From: Acidobacteriota bacterium
GTDB taxonomy: Bacteria > Acidobacteriota > UBA6911 > RPQK01 > JADFOI01
Length of the DNA stretch: 64,000 nucleotides
Assembly: GCA_963663035.1 (NCBI GenBank)
Contig: OY760074.1
Span: 2,944,001 to 3,008,000 of the forward strand
Direction: 5' to 3'
Below, piece by piece: positions 20,004 through 30,877 of the stretch. Within the stretch, counting starts at the first letter, position 1; each line of letters opens with the position of its first letter. The notes under the pieces were generated by a model. It ran no database searches, was not told the DNA's origin, and saw only the letters and a program-made list of their open reading frames with translations. The position numbers were made by a program, and so were the translations under genes.

Positions 20004-20152
20004 CCGGTATTATGCATAAATTATCTACTGCAGTGCCGCAATCATCCACGCTGACTGCGTTGTGCGACCCGCAAGCGGGTACCCCTCGCACGCCTTGTCA
20101 TCGCGGCGCCTGCGGCACTTCGTCACGAAAATCTACACATAATACCGGCTAG
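20000..20152 (+). mobile_element. MITE-like repeat, terminus type A, copy 3
   Basis: CTAG-CCGGTATTATG...CATAATACCGG-CTAG plus shared core. Confidence 0.88.
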
Positions 20153-20163
20153 ACTTTAGGAGC

Positions 20164-21762
20164 ATGAACGAGAAGACTCTCGCACAGCACATTCAACGGC
20201 TGGCCTCGGATGCGTTTGAGGGCCGGTTCCCCGGTTCCATAGGGGAGGAACTGACCGTCGAGTATCTGATCCAGCAATTTGAAAGTCTGGGCTTGCAACC
20301 CGGTGACCCGGCCGGGAGCTATCTCCAGAAGGTCCCGCTTATCGGGATCACGGCAGCCTCCGAGCTGGAACTTGCCTTCAGGAGAGGGGCAGAAAAGATA
20401 TCGCTTCAGTCTGGCGATCAGTTCGTAGCCTGGAGCAAACAGGCGGTTCAAGAAGCATCCATCCAGGATTCGGATGTCATCTTCGCTGGCTATGGCGTGG
20501 TGGCACCCGAGTACAACTGGGATGACTACAAAGACGTGGACGTGAAGGACAAGACAGTCGTCGTGCTGGTGAGTGATCCACCGGTACCCGATCCGGATGA
20601 CCCTTCAAAGCTGGATGAGAAGCTTTTCAAGGGAAAGGCCATGACCTATTACGGGCGCTGGACCTACAAGCTCGAACAGGCCGCTCAAAAAGGCGCCAGA
20701 GCGTGCTTCATAATTCATGAGCCAGGGCCTGCCGGTTATCCCTGGGAAGTCGTGCAAGACAGCTGGAGCGGAGAACTGTTCGATCTGGTGACAACGGACA
20801 GGGAGATACCACACTGTGCCCTGGAAGGCTGGTTCACCAATGAGAGCACCCGCTCATTGTTTCAACTGGCAGGTCATGACCTGGAGACATTGAAAGAAGC
20901 CGCTGTCCGTCGGGATTTCAAACCCCTACCACTGGACCTCAAGGCCTCCCTGTCGATCGAAAATACCTTCCGGCGTCTCGACTCACAAAATGTCATTGCC
21001 AAGCTGGAGGGAAGCGACCCCAAGTTAAAGGAGCAATACGTCATCTATATGGCCCACTGGGATCACCTGGGCAAGAAAACAACTCCTAAAGGGGACCAGA
21101 TTTACTACGGAGCCGTGGATAACGCCAGTGGCATAGCCGGGTTGCTGGAGATGGCAAAGGGATTCACTCAATTGCAAACGCCTCCCCGCCGGTCCCTGCT
21201 GTTTCTCGCCGTGACGGCGGAAGAACAGGGACTCCTGGGTTCCACCTATTACAGTGAGAACCCACTCTATCCTTTAGTGAACACAACGGCGGCCCTGAAT
21301 ATGGATGGGATGAATGTGCTGGGCCCGACAAGTGACGTCACAATCACAGGTCTGGGAAACTCCACGCTGGAAGATCTGGTTCAAGCAGTTTGCAGCGAGC
21401 AGGGCAGGGTTATGCAACCCGATCCGCAACCGGAGAAAGGACTTTTTTATCGCTCCGATCACTTCAGTTTCGCCAAACAGGGCGTGCCTGCACTTTCCCT
21501 GAACCCCGGCATCGACTACCTGAACAAGCCCGAAGGTTGGGGATTGAAAGCTCGAGAGGAGTACACTCGTCGGCACTACCACAAACCATCAGACCAGTAC
21601 GATCCGGCCTGGGACTTGAGTGGAATGGCCCAGGACTTGGAGCTTCTCTTCCAGGTGGGCTATCGGGTGGCCAATCAGGACCGATATCCAACCTGGAAGC
21701 CGACCTCTGAGTTCAGAGAGCGCCGCCGGCAAATGCTCATGGAGGCGGGCCTGCCAGAGTAG
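20164..21762 (+). CDS. M28 family peptidase with PA domain
   Basis: AHWDHLG, GAVDNASG, AEEQGLLGS, RSDHF and YHKPSD motifs. Confidence 0.93.
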   Translation: MNEKTLAQHIQRLASDAFEGRFPGSIGEELTVEYLIQQFESLGLQPGDPAGSYLQKVPLIGITAASELELAFRRGAEKISLQSGDQFVAWSKQAVQEASIQDSDVIFAGYGVVAPEYNWDDYKDVDVKDKTVVVLVSDPPVPDPDDPSKLDEKLFKGKAMTYYGRWTYKLEQAAQKGARACFIIHEPGPAGYPWEVVQDSWSGELFDLVTTDREIPHCALEGWFTNESTRSLFQLAGHDLETLKEAAVRRDFKPLPLDLKASLSIENTFRRLDSQNVIAKLEGSDPKLKEQYVIYMAHWDHLGKKTTPKGDQIYYGAVDNASGIAGLLEMAKGFTQLQTPPRRSLLFLAVTAEEQGLLGSTYYSENPLYPLVNTTAALNMDGMNVLGPTSDVTITGLGNSTLEDLVQAVCSEQGRVMQPDPQPEKGLFYRSDHFSFAKQGVPALSLNPGIDYLNKPEGWGLKAREEYTRRHYHKPSDQYDPAWDLSGMAQDLELLFQVGYRVANQDRYPTWKPTSEFRERRRQMLMEAGLPE

Positions 21763-21841
21763 GAACGAACGATCAGCTGTGTTTGCGATTCGTTTCTCCC
21801 TTTCGCTATAATTCATTCATACTGTCAGGCTGTGTCTGTCA

Positions 21842-21915
21842 GGCGGTGTACCCAAGTGGTCTAAGGGAGAGGTCTGCAAAACCTTTATTCGTCGGTTCGA
21901 ATCCGACCGCCGCCT
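21842..21915 (+). tRNA. tRNA-Cys(GCA), CCA not encoded
   Basis: GGCGGTG/CGCCGCC acceptor, GAGGT-CTGCAAA-ACCTT, GTCGG-TTCGAAT-CCGAC; TTGCGA-18-TATAAT upstream. Confidence 0.96.
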
Positions 21916-21932
21916 CTTTTTGCTTTCTTCTA

Positions 21933-22055
21933 CATATCTACAAAAATCCTTTTAAAACTGATTGCTTTAAATGCATCTCAAGTATTAGCATTGAGCCACA
22001 ACTGCATTGCGGTGAGGGGGAGTTTCGTGCTCGGCAAGACCATCTCACATTACAA
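21933..22055 (+). repeat. About 120-bp direct repeat, copy 1 (kinase upstream region, RBS and first codons)
   Basis: Near-identical to 27367-27487. Confidence 0.92.
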
Positions 22056-24700
22056 AGTCTTAGAAAAAATCGGCCAAGGGGGCATGGGTGAGGTCTACCG
22101 TGCTACCGATACCAAGCTGAACCGGGACGTGGCACTGAAGATCCTGCCCGAGCAGTTTGCCTCGGATTCGCAGAGGATGGGAAGGTTCCAGCGAGAAGCA
22201 AAGGTCCTGGCCTCCCTGGATCATCCCAACATTGGGCAGATTTACGGGATTGAAGAAGCTGGCCAGACCAAGGCCCTGGTTCTCCAGCTCATCGCAGGCC
22301 CCACCCTGGCGGAAAGAATTGCCCAGGGACCGATCCCGGTGGAGGAAGCCCTCAAGATCGCCCTGCAGATGGCGGAGGGTTTGGAGGCGGCGCATGAAAA
22401 GGGGGTGATCCACAGGGATCTCAAGCCTGCCAACATCAAGATTACCCCGGAAGGCCAGGTGAAGATTCTGGATTTTGGTCTGGCCAAAGCACTGGAAGGG
22501 GAAACACCAGTCGCGGATTTCTCGCAATCGCCTACGCTCACTGATGTCGCCACCCAGGCTGGGGCCATTCTGGGTACGGCTGCCTACATGAGTCCTGAAC
22601 AGGCTCGTGGAGAAGCGACCGACCAAAGAGCGGATATCTGGGCATTCGGTTGTGTCCTTTTCGAGATGCTGACAGGACAAGCGGCATTTGCACAGCCGAC
22701 GTTGAGCGAAACACTGGTCAAGGTGCTTGAGAGCGATCCGGACCTTGCCGCTTTGCCTCCCGTGTCTCCACTCATCCGGCGCCTGGTCATCCGGTGTCTG
22801 GAGAAAACCCCCAGGGATCGACTCCAGCACATCGGTGATGGGCGCATCGATATCCGAGATTCGTTGGAGGGGCCGGCGCTTGAGGTCGTCGGCACGACGT
22901 CGGCTCCGGGGCTTTCAACCGTCCGCCTGACGTTCGTGTGGGCGGGCGTCGGCACCATTGTTTGCCTGGCCTTGCTGGCCGGATGGTTCGCAGCGACTCG
23001 GTCAGGGGGAGACCCGCCGCCTCAGGTCGTGCGCTTGGATGTTACGCCGATGACGCCGCTCACAACCACCGCACTGAATAGGGTGATCGCCATTTCACCC
23101 GATGGCAGGCACATCGCCTATTCAACCACCGGCCCCCTGGTGATCCGCTCCCTGGAACGATCGGACACTGTTTCAGTCAATAGTGGAGCGAGTCCTTTCG
23201 TCTCACCGGACGGCGAGTGGGTGGCTTTCTTTAGTGGGGTATCGGGAAATCTGGAGCGTGTGCCCGTAGGTGGAGGAACCCCGAGTCTTGTTACCTCTGT
23301 GCCTATCAGGCCGCTGGGTGGGAGCTGGGGCACCAATGACAGGATCGTATTCGCAAACAACGTGGGTCTGTTTCGAGTGCCCGCGGAGAGTGGGGAACCG
23401 GAGTTGCTTATCCGTCCGGATCCGGAACAGGGCGAGCTTTTCTACGCGTGGCCTGAGATTCTTCCAGGAGACCACAGTGCTTTATTCACCATCGTCCCGG
23501 AGGCACCGACTGCGGGCTTGCAGATTGCCGTCCTCGACCTGGAAACGCTCGAGTACAGAATTCTCCTGAGGGGGGGGGAGCGCTGCCCAGTATGCACCGA
23601 CCGGACATCTGATCTACGCGGACGAGGGAAGGCTGCAGGCCGTGCCGTTCGACCTCGATACTCTGGAGGTCATGGGTGACCCGGTGACATTGACTGAAGC
23701 GGCGGTTGCAGTGAAGCGGGCGGGCGGCGCCGAGTTCGACCTTTCGATGGCGGGAACGCTGGTCTACCTGCCGGCGCGTTCTGAAGGGATCTACACACTG
23801 GTCTGGGTCGATCGCGAGGGCCGCGAGGAAGCATTGGGAGCACCGGCACTGGGCTACATCTACCCCCGAATTTCGCCCGACGGGACACGCCTGGCCGTCG
23901 ACATGAGGCGTGGCGGTAACCGGGACATCTACATCTGGGATTTCGAACGCGAGAACATGACGCGCCTGACCAATCATCCGACGGAGGACTTGTTTGCTGT
24001 TTGGAGCCGGGACGCTCAACGTATCTTTTTTTCCTCCAACCGGAATGGTATCTTCAACGTGTTTTCCCGAGCGGCCGATGGCGCCGGCCCGGCCGAACTC
24101 ATCCTTGAGAGCCCACGCGTCCACATGCTGAATTCCTTGACCCCGGACGGATCCCGGCTTGTGATCGCCGAGGAGGTGTCGGCAACCGGCGGCGACGGCT
24201 TTGATATCGTTGCCCTCACTGTCGGCGAACCCCGGACGATCGAACCGGTTCTGGCGACGACATACACAGAGTACGGCGGCGAAGTCTCTCCCGACGGAAA
24301 CTGGCTGGCCTACCAGTCAGACGATAATGGTCAGATGGAGGTGTGGGTGCGGCCGTTTGCGGACGTGAACCGGCGACGCATTAAGATATCTGTCACGGGC
24401 GGCTTGCAGCCGATGTGGGGACCCGACGGCAACGAACTGTTTTATCGAAACCTGGCAGGCGACATGATGGCCGTGCCCGTGCAGTTTCTGCCCGACTTTA
24501 CCCATGGAGCGGTCAGGGAAGCTTTTCCGAAAAGGGGGTTCACGATCTCCACTGCCGGAGGTCGCCACTACGATATATCCCCAATCGATGGCCGCTTCTT
24601 GATAAGAAAGCCGGTGGAGGATTCCAGTGGAGCAGGCGAGAACATCGCAGTTGTCCTGAATTGGTTCGAGGAACTGAAGGAACGGGTGCCCAGGCCATGA
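22027..24700 (+). pseudogene. Ser/Thr kinase-TM-TolB-like beta-propeller protein, frameshifted at a G9 tract
   Basis: GQGGMG, HRDLKPAN, DFG, PD40-like repeats; G8 at 23570-23578 would give LRGGSAAQYAPTGHLIY and join the two ORFs. Confidence 0.85.
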
Positions 24701-24959
24701 TCGGCAAGACACTTTCCCATTACAAGATCATTGAAAAGCTGGGAGCTGGAGGCTGACCCGCTATATAGAAGAAGCGAACCGGGGCGAAAACGTCACTCCG
24801 ACACACATGGCCAGGGCGCATGGATATCTGGGAGAGAGGGATCAGGCTTTCGAATGGTTGGAACAAGGCTATGATACACGGGAGGGCGGTCTATGGTCTC
24901 TCAAGGTAATGCCCTGGTTTGACCCCCTTCGCCACGACCCTCGCTTCCCTAGCCTTTAG
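24697..24959 (+). pseudogene. Internally deleted Ser/Thr kinase-TPR gene remnant
   Basis: MIGKTLSHYKIIEKLGAGG fused out of frame to GERDQAFEWLEQ...WFDPLRHDPRF, the usual C-terminus of such proteins. Confidence 0.8.
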
Positions 24960-25022
24960 AGCAAAGCAGGTTTATCATTGTTCAAAGCGCAACGTATTCA
25001 GTCTCTCCATAGGAGGTGTCCT

Positions 25023-25508
25023 GTGCCCGCCAGAATAATGATCGCCATGTTAGTGGCACTGCTCATTCCGCTTGTCGCCTGTACGCAGGAGGCTGATTCA
25101 GAGTTGAGCGAAGTCATACCGCAACAAGCAATACCTTCCGAGGAGATGCCTTGGGAGAGCAACGAGGACGCAGGACTGGAGGCACTCGAGCAAGGCCAGT
25201 ATTTGGAAGCAGAGGAGCTGCTCTTAGCCGCACTCAAGCAAGCCGAAAAGTTCGGAGACCAAGACACCCGTCTGGTCACTAGCCTGAATAACCTGGCCAA
25301 CCTATACCGCGCCCAAGGCAAGCACTCCGAGGTGGAACCGCTGCTCCAGAGAGCCTTGGCCATCTACGAAAAGACGCTGGGGCCGGAGCATCCCTATGTG
25401 GCCTTAGGCCTGGAGAACTACGCCGCCTTCCTACGAGAGATGGATCGCAATGCGGAGGCGGATAAGCTGGAAGAACGTGCCCAAGCGATTTGGGCTATAG
25501 CGCGGTAA
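25023..25508 (+). CDS. TPR-repeat lipoprotein
   Basis: AGGAGG RBS, LVAC lipobox, SLNNLANLYRAQGK...LGPEHP repeats. Confidence 0.85.
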   Translation: MPARIMIAMLVALLIPLVACTQEADSELSEVIPQQAIPSEEMPWESNEDAGLEALEQGQYLEAEELLLAALKQAEKFGDQDTRLVTSLNNLANLYRAQGKHSEVEPLLQRALAIYEKTLGPEHPYVALGLENYAAFLREMDRNAEADKLEERAQAIWAIAR

Positions 25509-25551
25509 GGGATAGAAGTTTTTCAAGAATTGCTTTGCCAAAAGCGGCCCT

Positions 25552-26711
25552 TTATCTGACCTGGATTTCTCTTTCAAAAATTCGGTAATTCCCATGACTG
25601 TCGTTGGGTAATTCGATTTGTTCTCGCCGCCACTGTTCCAGAAAGAAGTAATCGGCTGTGACTTTCAAAGTATATGGGCCATCGTCATTCACAGAAAACT
25701 CAAAATGAAAGACCTTGGTTTTTTGAAATTCCAAACGTGTATCACTCCATTCAAAGGGGAAGGGTCGCCATAGAATTCTGCGAATCAATCTTTCCTCTTG
25801 AGATTTCAAGACCCTTTTCTTTTATCCAAAAGGCTCATCTTCAGTAAAATATGCCGATCAGGAGTACCCGTGGGCAATTTATGATGGGTTCCCACGTTAG
25901 TGGTCTTGATTTCATATTCAAATCGATTCCCATTTTCTGATTCTTTCTGAATTTCTACTTGGAGAGCCTGAGTCACCATTTCCGGTGAATGCCCACCACG
26001 CCATAAATGTTTTCTTCCCGGTCGCTCTGGAAATCCCTGAACGAGCGGACGAATGGTCTCCGGCATATGACAACCAATACAATCGGGTTCAATGTTATGA
26101 GCTTCGATGTCATCTATGGTGCTACAGATATTCAAGGTTCCCATCGAGAATGAAAAGGAACTTTTAATGACATGGCAACGACTACACACTTGCCACCCCG
26201 AAGTCATCTCTGGGTTAACTTTGACCGGATGAGGAGCTAATGTAGTTCCAAAAGGTCCAATGATTTGCCCCTCTTAGACATGGCAACTGGCACAAGTAAC
26301 CCCTTCCTTCTGAAATTCAGCATCAAAGTCCGGATTCTTTTCCAGTATTGGATCCCAAGGGTCATTATTCGTAAATCCCAACACCAGTTGTTCTTGTTGA
26401 TTCTGAAAAGGCGTATGACAATTCAAGCAATTTTGCTTTTGCTTATCAAAATGCCAATCTATTTGAAAATAATCATCGGTCCATGCCCGGGCATGAACCG
26501 TCGCTTTCCATTCTTCATAGATTCCTTTATGGCACACTCCACAATCTTCAGCTTTCAAGCTCACTAACCCTGCAGGAACCGACTCCTTGATAGGCAAGGC
26601 AATTTCATCGGTACTGAAATAGGTTTCAAGATCTCTAGTGAAAAAATAGACAGAGCCACCCAGTAGAAATAAGAAAGAAATACACTATCCAAATATCTTC
26701 TTCTTTCTCAC
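25552..26711 (-). pseudogene. Pentaheme c-type cytochrome, disrupted
   Basis: CGVCH, CLNCH, CASCH, CSRCH, CIGCH; in-frame TAG 26685-26687, in-frame TAA 26274-26276, frameshift near 25815; AT-rich. Confidence 0.85.
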
Positions 26712-26762
26712 TCTTTCACTTCTTGCTTTGACAAATCTAACTGCGGGGACCCATTTTGACAG

Positions 26763-27203
26763 CTATGCCTGGGGCCGGATCGACCCTTCGCTCGGTCGAT
26801 TCAACTTCTCAACGACTTCCTGACCTTCTTTCTTCCAATCCCTAATCCCGCAAACTTGACCCGCTTTGTAGCCTGCTTTGATAAATTTTTCAGCAGCACG
26901 CGACGCGCGCCCTGAAGCCTCTCAGTAGAAAACGAGCTCGATATCCCTGGGGATGTCCTTCATCCGTTTGTCGAGCTCTGCCATCGGAATGTGGATGCCG
27001 CCGGGAATTGCGCCGTCCCTTTCCAGCTCACAGTCCTCGCGGACATCGATCAAGAGAAATCGCTCGCCACTGTCAAGCTTTTCCTTCAGCTCCGAAATGG
27101 AGATGTGTTTCTTCTTCTTTTGCCAAGCCCATGTCGCAAGCGCCGCTAACATCAGAGCAATGACAAACGCCACCACCACAATCACCACCAGTCCTCCGGA
27201 CAT
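26763..27203 (-). CDS. Membrane-anchored rhodanese-domain protein, predicted selenoprotein (146 aa, Sec94)
   Basis: GGAGGAGG RBS; LIDVRE...GAIPGGIHIP...VFY-UGA-EASGRAS...GIRDWKKEG; the frame stays open 52 codons past UGA. Confidence 0.8.
26889..26916 (-). promoter_or_regulatory. SECIS-like hairpin
   Basis: TTCAG-GGCGCGC-GTC-GCGTGCT-G-CTGAA starting 5 nt after the UGA. Confidence 0.6.
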
Positions 27204-27366
27204 CTGTACCTCCTCCACGATTCAAGATTCTCACAAACTTTCCATGGATACTCATCATTCTAAGTGCCGAAGATACGAATTTCAAAGGAAAGCATCTGAT
27301 TCGGGGTTAGCGGGCAGGAAATGAAGTTTCTAATATTCCCCTCGAACAGACGGTCAACGCACTCGC

Positions 27367-27487
27367 CATATCTACAAAAATCTTTTTAAACTGATTGCTT
27401 TAAATGCATCTCAAGATTAGCATTGAGCCACAACTGCATTGCAGTGAGGGGGAGTTTCGTGCTCGGCAAGACCATCTCGCACTACAA
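27367..27487 (+). repeat. About 120-bp direct repeat, copy 2 (orphan kinase start)
   Basis: Near-identical to 21933-22055; kinase similarity ends after LGKTISHYKII. Confidence 0.92.
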
Positions 27488-27591
27488 GATCATCGATTGT
27501 CTCAGGGAAGACCCCTCATCCCGACGTCACCGGCGCTTACCCTCTACAAAGGGGAATCAACTCTCCTCACCTTCATCGTGAAATAGCACCC

Positions 27592-29031
27592 ATGCCCAAG
27601 AAAGATCGCAAAGTTACCGAGGATTTAAACTTACAAAACATCGTTGCCGCGCAGTTTGATGAAGCGGCCGCCCTGATCCAACAACCTCGAGGACTGCTGG
27701 AACAGATCAAGAGGTGCGACAATGTGTTTCAAGTGAATTTCCCCGTAAAGCTTGGTCAGAAACTTCACTATTTTTCGGGCTGGCGAGCTGAGCACTCCCA
27801 CCACCGTAAGCCCTTGAAAGGGGGAACGCGCTTTAACCCCATGGTCAACCAGGACGAGATCATGGCCCTGGCCGCCTTGATGACCTACAAGTGCGCCGTC
27901 GTTGATGTGCCTTTTGGCGGGTCAAAGGGAGGAATCGCAATCAATCCGAAGGATTTCAGCGAAGATGAGCTGGAAAAGATCACACGCAGGTATACTGCGG
28001 AGCTCATTCAAAAGAATTTTCTAGGACCGGGAATCAATGTTCCAGCTCCCGATATGGGAACAGGGGAGCGGGAGATGGCCTGGATCTACAGTACCTATGA
28101 CGCCTTTTATCCTGGGGGGATCGACAATCTGGCTTGCGTCACGGGCAAGCCGGTCACCCAGGGTGGGATCCGTGGTCGTCGGGAAGCCACCGGTCGTGGG
28201 GTCCAGTTTGGAATTCGCCAAGCCTTTCGCCACCCCGAAGACATCAAAGCCACCGGACTCGAGCCAGGCCTGGCAGGCAAGCGAATAGCCATCCAGGGAT
28301 TTGGAAACGTGGGCTACCACTGTGCCCAATTTCTTTGGGAGCAAGATGATTGCAAGATTGTCGCAGTCGGCGAACAGAATGGCACGGTCTGGAATCCGGC
28401 AGGTCTGAACATCGCCGAACTTGGCAGACACCAAGAAAAGAGGGGCACGATTTTGGAGTTCCCGGGGGCGACCGGAAGTGTGAAGGATCCAAAAGCCGTA
28501 CTGACCTTTGATTGTGACATTCTCATCCCGGCTGCTATTGAGAATCAGATCACCCTCTCCAATGTGTCCGAGATTCGAGCCAGGATCTTAGCTGAAGCCG
28601 CCAACGGTCCGGTGACCCCCGCTGCCGAGAGAGAGTTGCTGAAACGGGGCGTGCTCCTGATCCCGGATATCTTCCTGAATGCTGGTGGTGTCACAGTTTC
28701 TTACTTCGAGTGGATCAAGAGTCTGGCACATATTCGTTATGGCCGGTTACAAACTCGCCTGGACGAGCTTCGCGGGGAAAGTCTAGTGCTCCATCTGGAA
28801 AAAAGCAGCGGGCAGCCAGTGTCTCCTGACGTTCGGAAAGTTCTGCAGCACGGGGCCAGTGAAATTGACTTGGTCAATTCCGGACTGGAAGGAACAATGG
28901 CCAACGCTTACCTGGAAGTAAGAAATGTTTTCAAGCGCCGGAAGCGCATCCCCAGCTTAAGGACCGCCGCCTATATCGTTGCCATCGAAAAGATCGCCAG
29001 GTCCTACCGGGAATTGGGCTTCTTTCCCTGA
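27592..29031 (+). CDS. gdhA: Glutamate dehydrogenase (Glu/Leu/Phe/Val family)
   Basis: KGGTRF, FGGSKGG, PAPDMGT, QGFGNVG, EAANGP and NAGGVTVSYFEW motifs. Confidence 0.92.
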   Translation: MPKKDRKVTEDLNLQNIVAAQFDEAAALIQQPRGLLEQIKRCDNVFQVNFPVKLGQKLHYFSGWRAEHSHHRKPLKGGTRFNPMVNQDEIMALAALMTYKCAVVDVPFGGSKGGIAINPKDFSEDELEKITRRYTAELIQKNFLGPGINVPAPDMGTGEREMAWIYSTYDAFYPGGIDNLACVTGKPVTQGGIRGRREATGRGVQFGIRQAFRHPEDIKATGLEPGLAGKRIAIQGFGNVGYHCAQFLWEQDDCKIVAVGEQNGTVWNPAGLNIAELGRHQEKRGTILEFPGATGSVKDPKAVLTFDCDILIPAAIENQITLSNVSEIRARILAEAANGPVTPAAERELLKRGVLLIPDIFLNAGGVTVSYFEWIKSLAHIRYGRLQTRLDELRGESLVLHLEKSSGQPVSPDVRKVLQHGASEIDLVNSGLEGTMANAYLEVRNVFKRRKRIPSLRTAAYIVAIEKIARSYRELGFFP

Positions 29032-29046
29032 GCCTTGTCGAGGCGG

Positions 29047-29586
29047 ATGAACCAAGAGCAATACCAAGTTGATATCCTGCGTGCGTTTCGCAGACTGAAG
29101 AAGCATAGCGACGCAGCCATGGCTCAAGTTTCGGATGAGGACTTCTTCAAGGCTCTGGACGAGAACAGCAATAGCATTGCGTTGATAGTCAAACACATCA
29201 GCGGCAACCTGCATTCACGCTGGGAAGACTTTCTGACCACTGATGGAGAGGCCCCAGGCCGTCATCGCGACCAAGAGTTTATTGTTGCCCCCAGCGATTC
29301 CAGGATCAGTCTTCTTGAGCAGTGGGAACGAGGGTGGCGTTACCTATTCGATACCATCTCTGCTCTCCAGGCCACTGACTTCACCGCTACAGTGTCAATC
29401 CGCAAAGAGCCGCATTCGGTCGTCCAAGCTATTAATCGTTCACTGGTCCATTGTGCAGGTCACGTTGGGCAAATAATCTTTCTTGCCAAGCATCTCGCCG
29501 GTGAGCGCTGGCAGACTTTGACCATTCCTCTTGGAAGGTCAGAAGAGTTCAACGCAACCGGGAAACCCTTCTTGCAGGATGACTAG
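29047..29586 (+). CDS. DUF1572 / DinB-like protein
   Basis: NSIALIVKHISGNLHSRWEDFLTTDGE and HCAGHVGQI. Confidence 0.8.
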   Translation: MNQEQYQVDILRAFRRLKKHSDAAMAQVSDEDFFKALDENSNSIALIVKHISGNLHSRWEDFLTTDGEAPGRHRDQEFIVAPSDSRISLLEQWERGWRYLFDTISALQATDFTATVSIRKEPHSVVQAINRSLVHCAGHVGQIIFLAKHLAGERWQTLTIPLGRSEEFNATGKPFLQDD

Positions 29587-29615
29587 GTAGCACTCTCCCC
29601 GCCTTCCCTTCGCTG

Positions 29616-30662
29616 TTACTCAGTAGCACCTGCTTCTGTGAGTAGCTGAGCCACTTCAACATGGTCTTTGCTGGTTGCCCACTTTAAGGCTGTCCAGCCA
29701 TCGACGTCCTGGGTATTCACGCTGGCCCTTTTGTCCAGCAGAACTTGAACCAGATCGGTATGACCTCCCATGGCGGCCCATGTCAGCGCCGTCTTCTCGG
29801 TGTTACCCAGAGCATTGATGTCTGCGCCTTTCGATAACAGCAGTCCTACCGTCTCAATGTGGCCATTCTCGGAGGCACGGATCAAGGCTGTTCGGTTGGC
29901 CTTGTCTCTTGAACCTATGGCTGCACCTTGATCAAGCAAGACCTGTACGCTTCTCGAATGGCCATTCTGGGCAGCACGTATTAAAGCGTTTTGTCCGTCA
30001 TCAGGGGAGGCGTGGATGCTCGCATCCTTTTCCAGCAGTAGTTGAACGACTTCGGCATGCCCATTTTCAGCCGCATAGAGTAATGCCGTGCCATTATCAT
30101 AGTCTCTGGCATCCACTTCTGCACCACCGTCGAGCAGAAGCTGAGCTACATCGGTGTGGTTCTTCTCTGCCGCATAGGTCAATGCGGTCCGCTTTGTCAC
30201 GTCCTGGACGTTCACGTCAACAGCTTCTTCAAGGAGCAGCTCTATGATCTCAACAATTCCGTTCTCCGCGGCGAAACTCAGGGAGGTACGCCCGCTCGAA
30301 GCTTGCCCGTCTGGGTCGGCACCTGCATCAAAAAGTAATCGCCATGCTTCTCGATGTCCCTCCTTGGCCGCATAGAGCAGGGCGCTAAAGCCATCACGGT
30401 CTTTCTCCCTGACCTCGGCCCCCTTGTCCAGCAACAGGCGCACGATCTCAGGGTCTCCTTTCTCGGCCGCTAACATCAAAATGGTCTTGCGGTTTCCCAG
30501 CCCAAGATTCACGTCCGCTCCCTCCTCAAGGAGGGCTTCGAAGGTCGAGACATCACCCCCCTCCACTGCCCCGATCAACTCTCCTTCCGTGTCCCCACCG
30601 CAGCTCATCAATAGAGCCAGGTGCGTGACAGCCAATAAAGACAAAATTCGTCTCAATCGCAT
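29616..30662 (-). CDS. Ankyrin-repeat lipoprotein
   Basis: About ten TALxxAAxxGH repeats; LMSC lipobox after ATG 30662. Confidence 0.9.
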   Translation of the reverse strand: MRLRRILSLLAVTHLALLMSCGGDTEGELIGAVEGGDVSTFEALLEEGADVNLGLGNRKTILMLAAEKGDPEIVRLLLDKGAEVREKDRDGFSALLYAAKEGHREAWRLLFDAGADPDGQASSGRTSLSFAAENGIVEIIELLLEEAVDVNVQDVTKRTALTYAAEKNHTDVAQLLLDGGAEVDARDYDNGTALLYAAENGHAEVVQLLLEKDASIHASPDDGQNALIRAAQNGHSRSVQVLLDQGAAIGSRDKANRTALIRASENGHIETVGLLLSKGADINALGNTEKTALTWAAMGGHTDLVQVLLDKRASVNTQDVDGWTALKWATSKDHVEVAQLLTEAGATE

Positions 30663-30877
30663 AATTCCCCCCCCCTTTTTGTTATTGAGATTGAGGTCCG
30701 TTAGATGACCCGGAAATAACCAAAACAGCCATCTGGCCACTGGAAGCCTCCCGAAGGTCAATTCTCTTCTGACTGTGAGTCGATTACCCCTAGGTTAGCA
30801 CTGGAGCCAACAGATTCCTACCCATTTCTCCATTTGTGAGTCGAAATCTGTGATTGGTGATTGGTGAGAGGCAGCTC

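Noticed and set aside
26274-26687. TAG/TAA recoding in the cytochrome
   Set aside because: Two different stops plus a frameshift at non-catalytic positions fit gene decay better.
30795-30821. CIRCE-like TTAGCACTG-N9-GATTCCTAC
   Set aside because: The right arm matches only 6 of 9 positions and no chaperone gene is adjacent.
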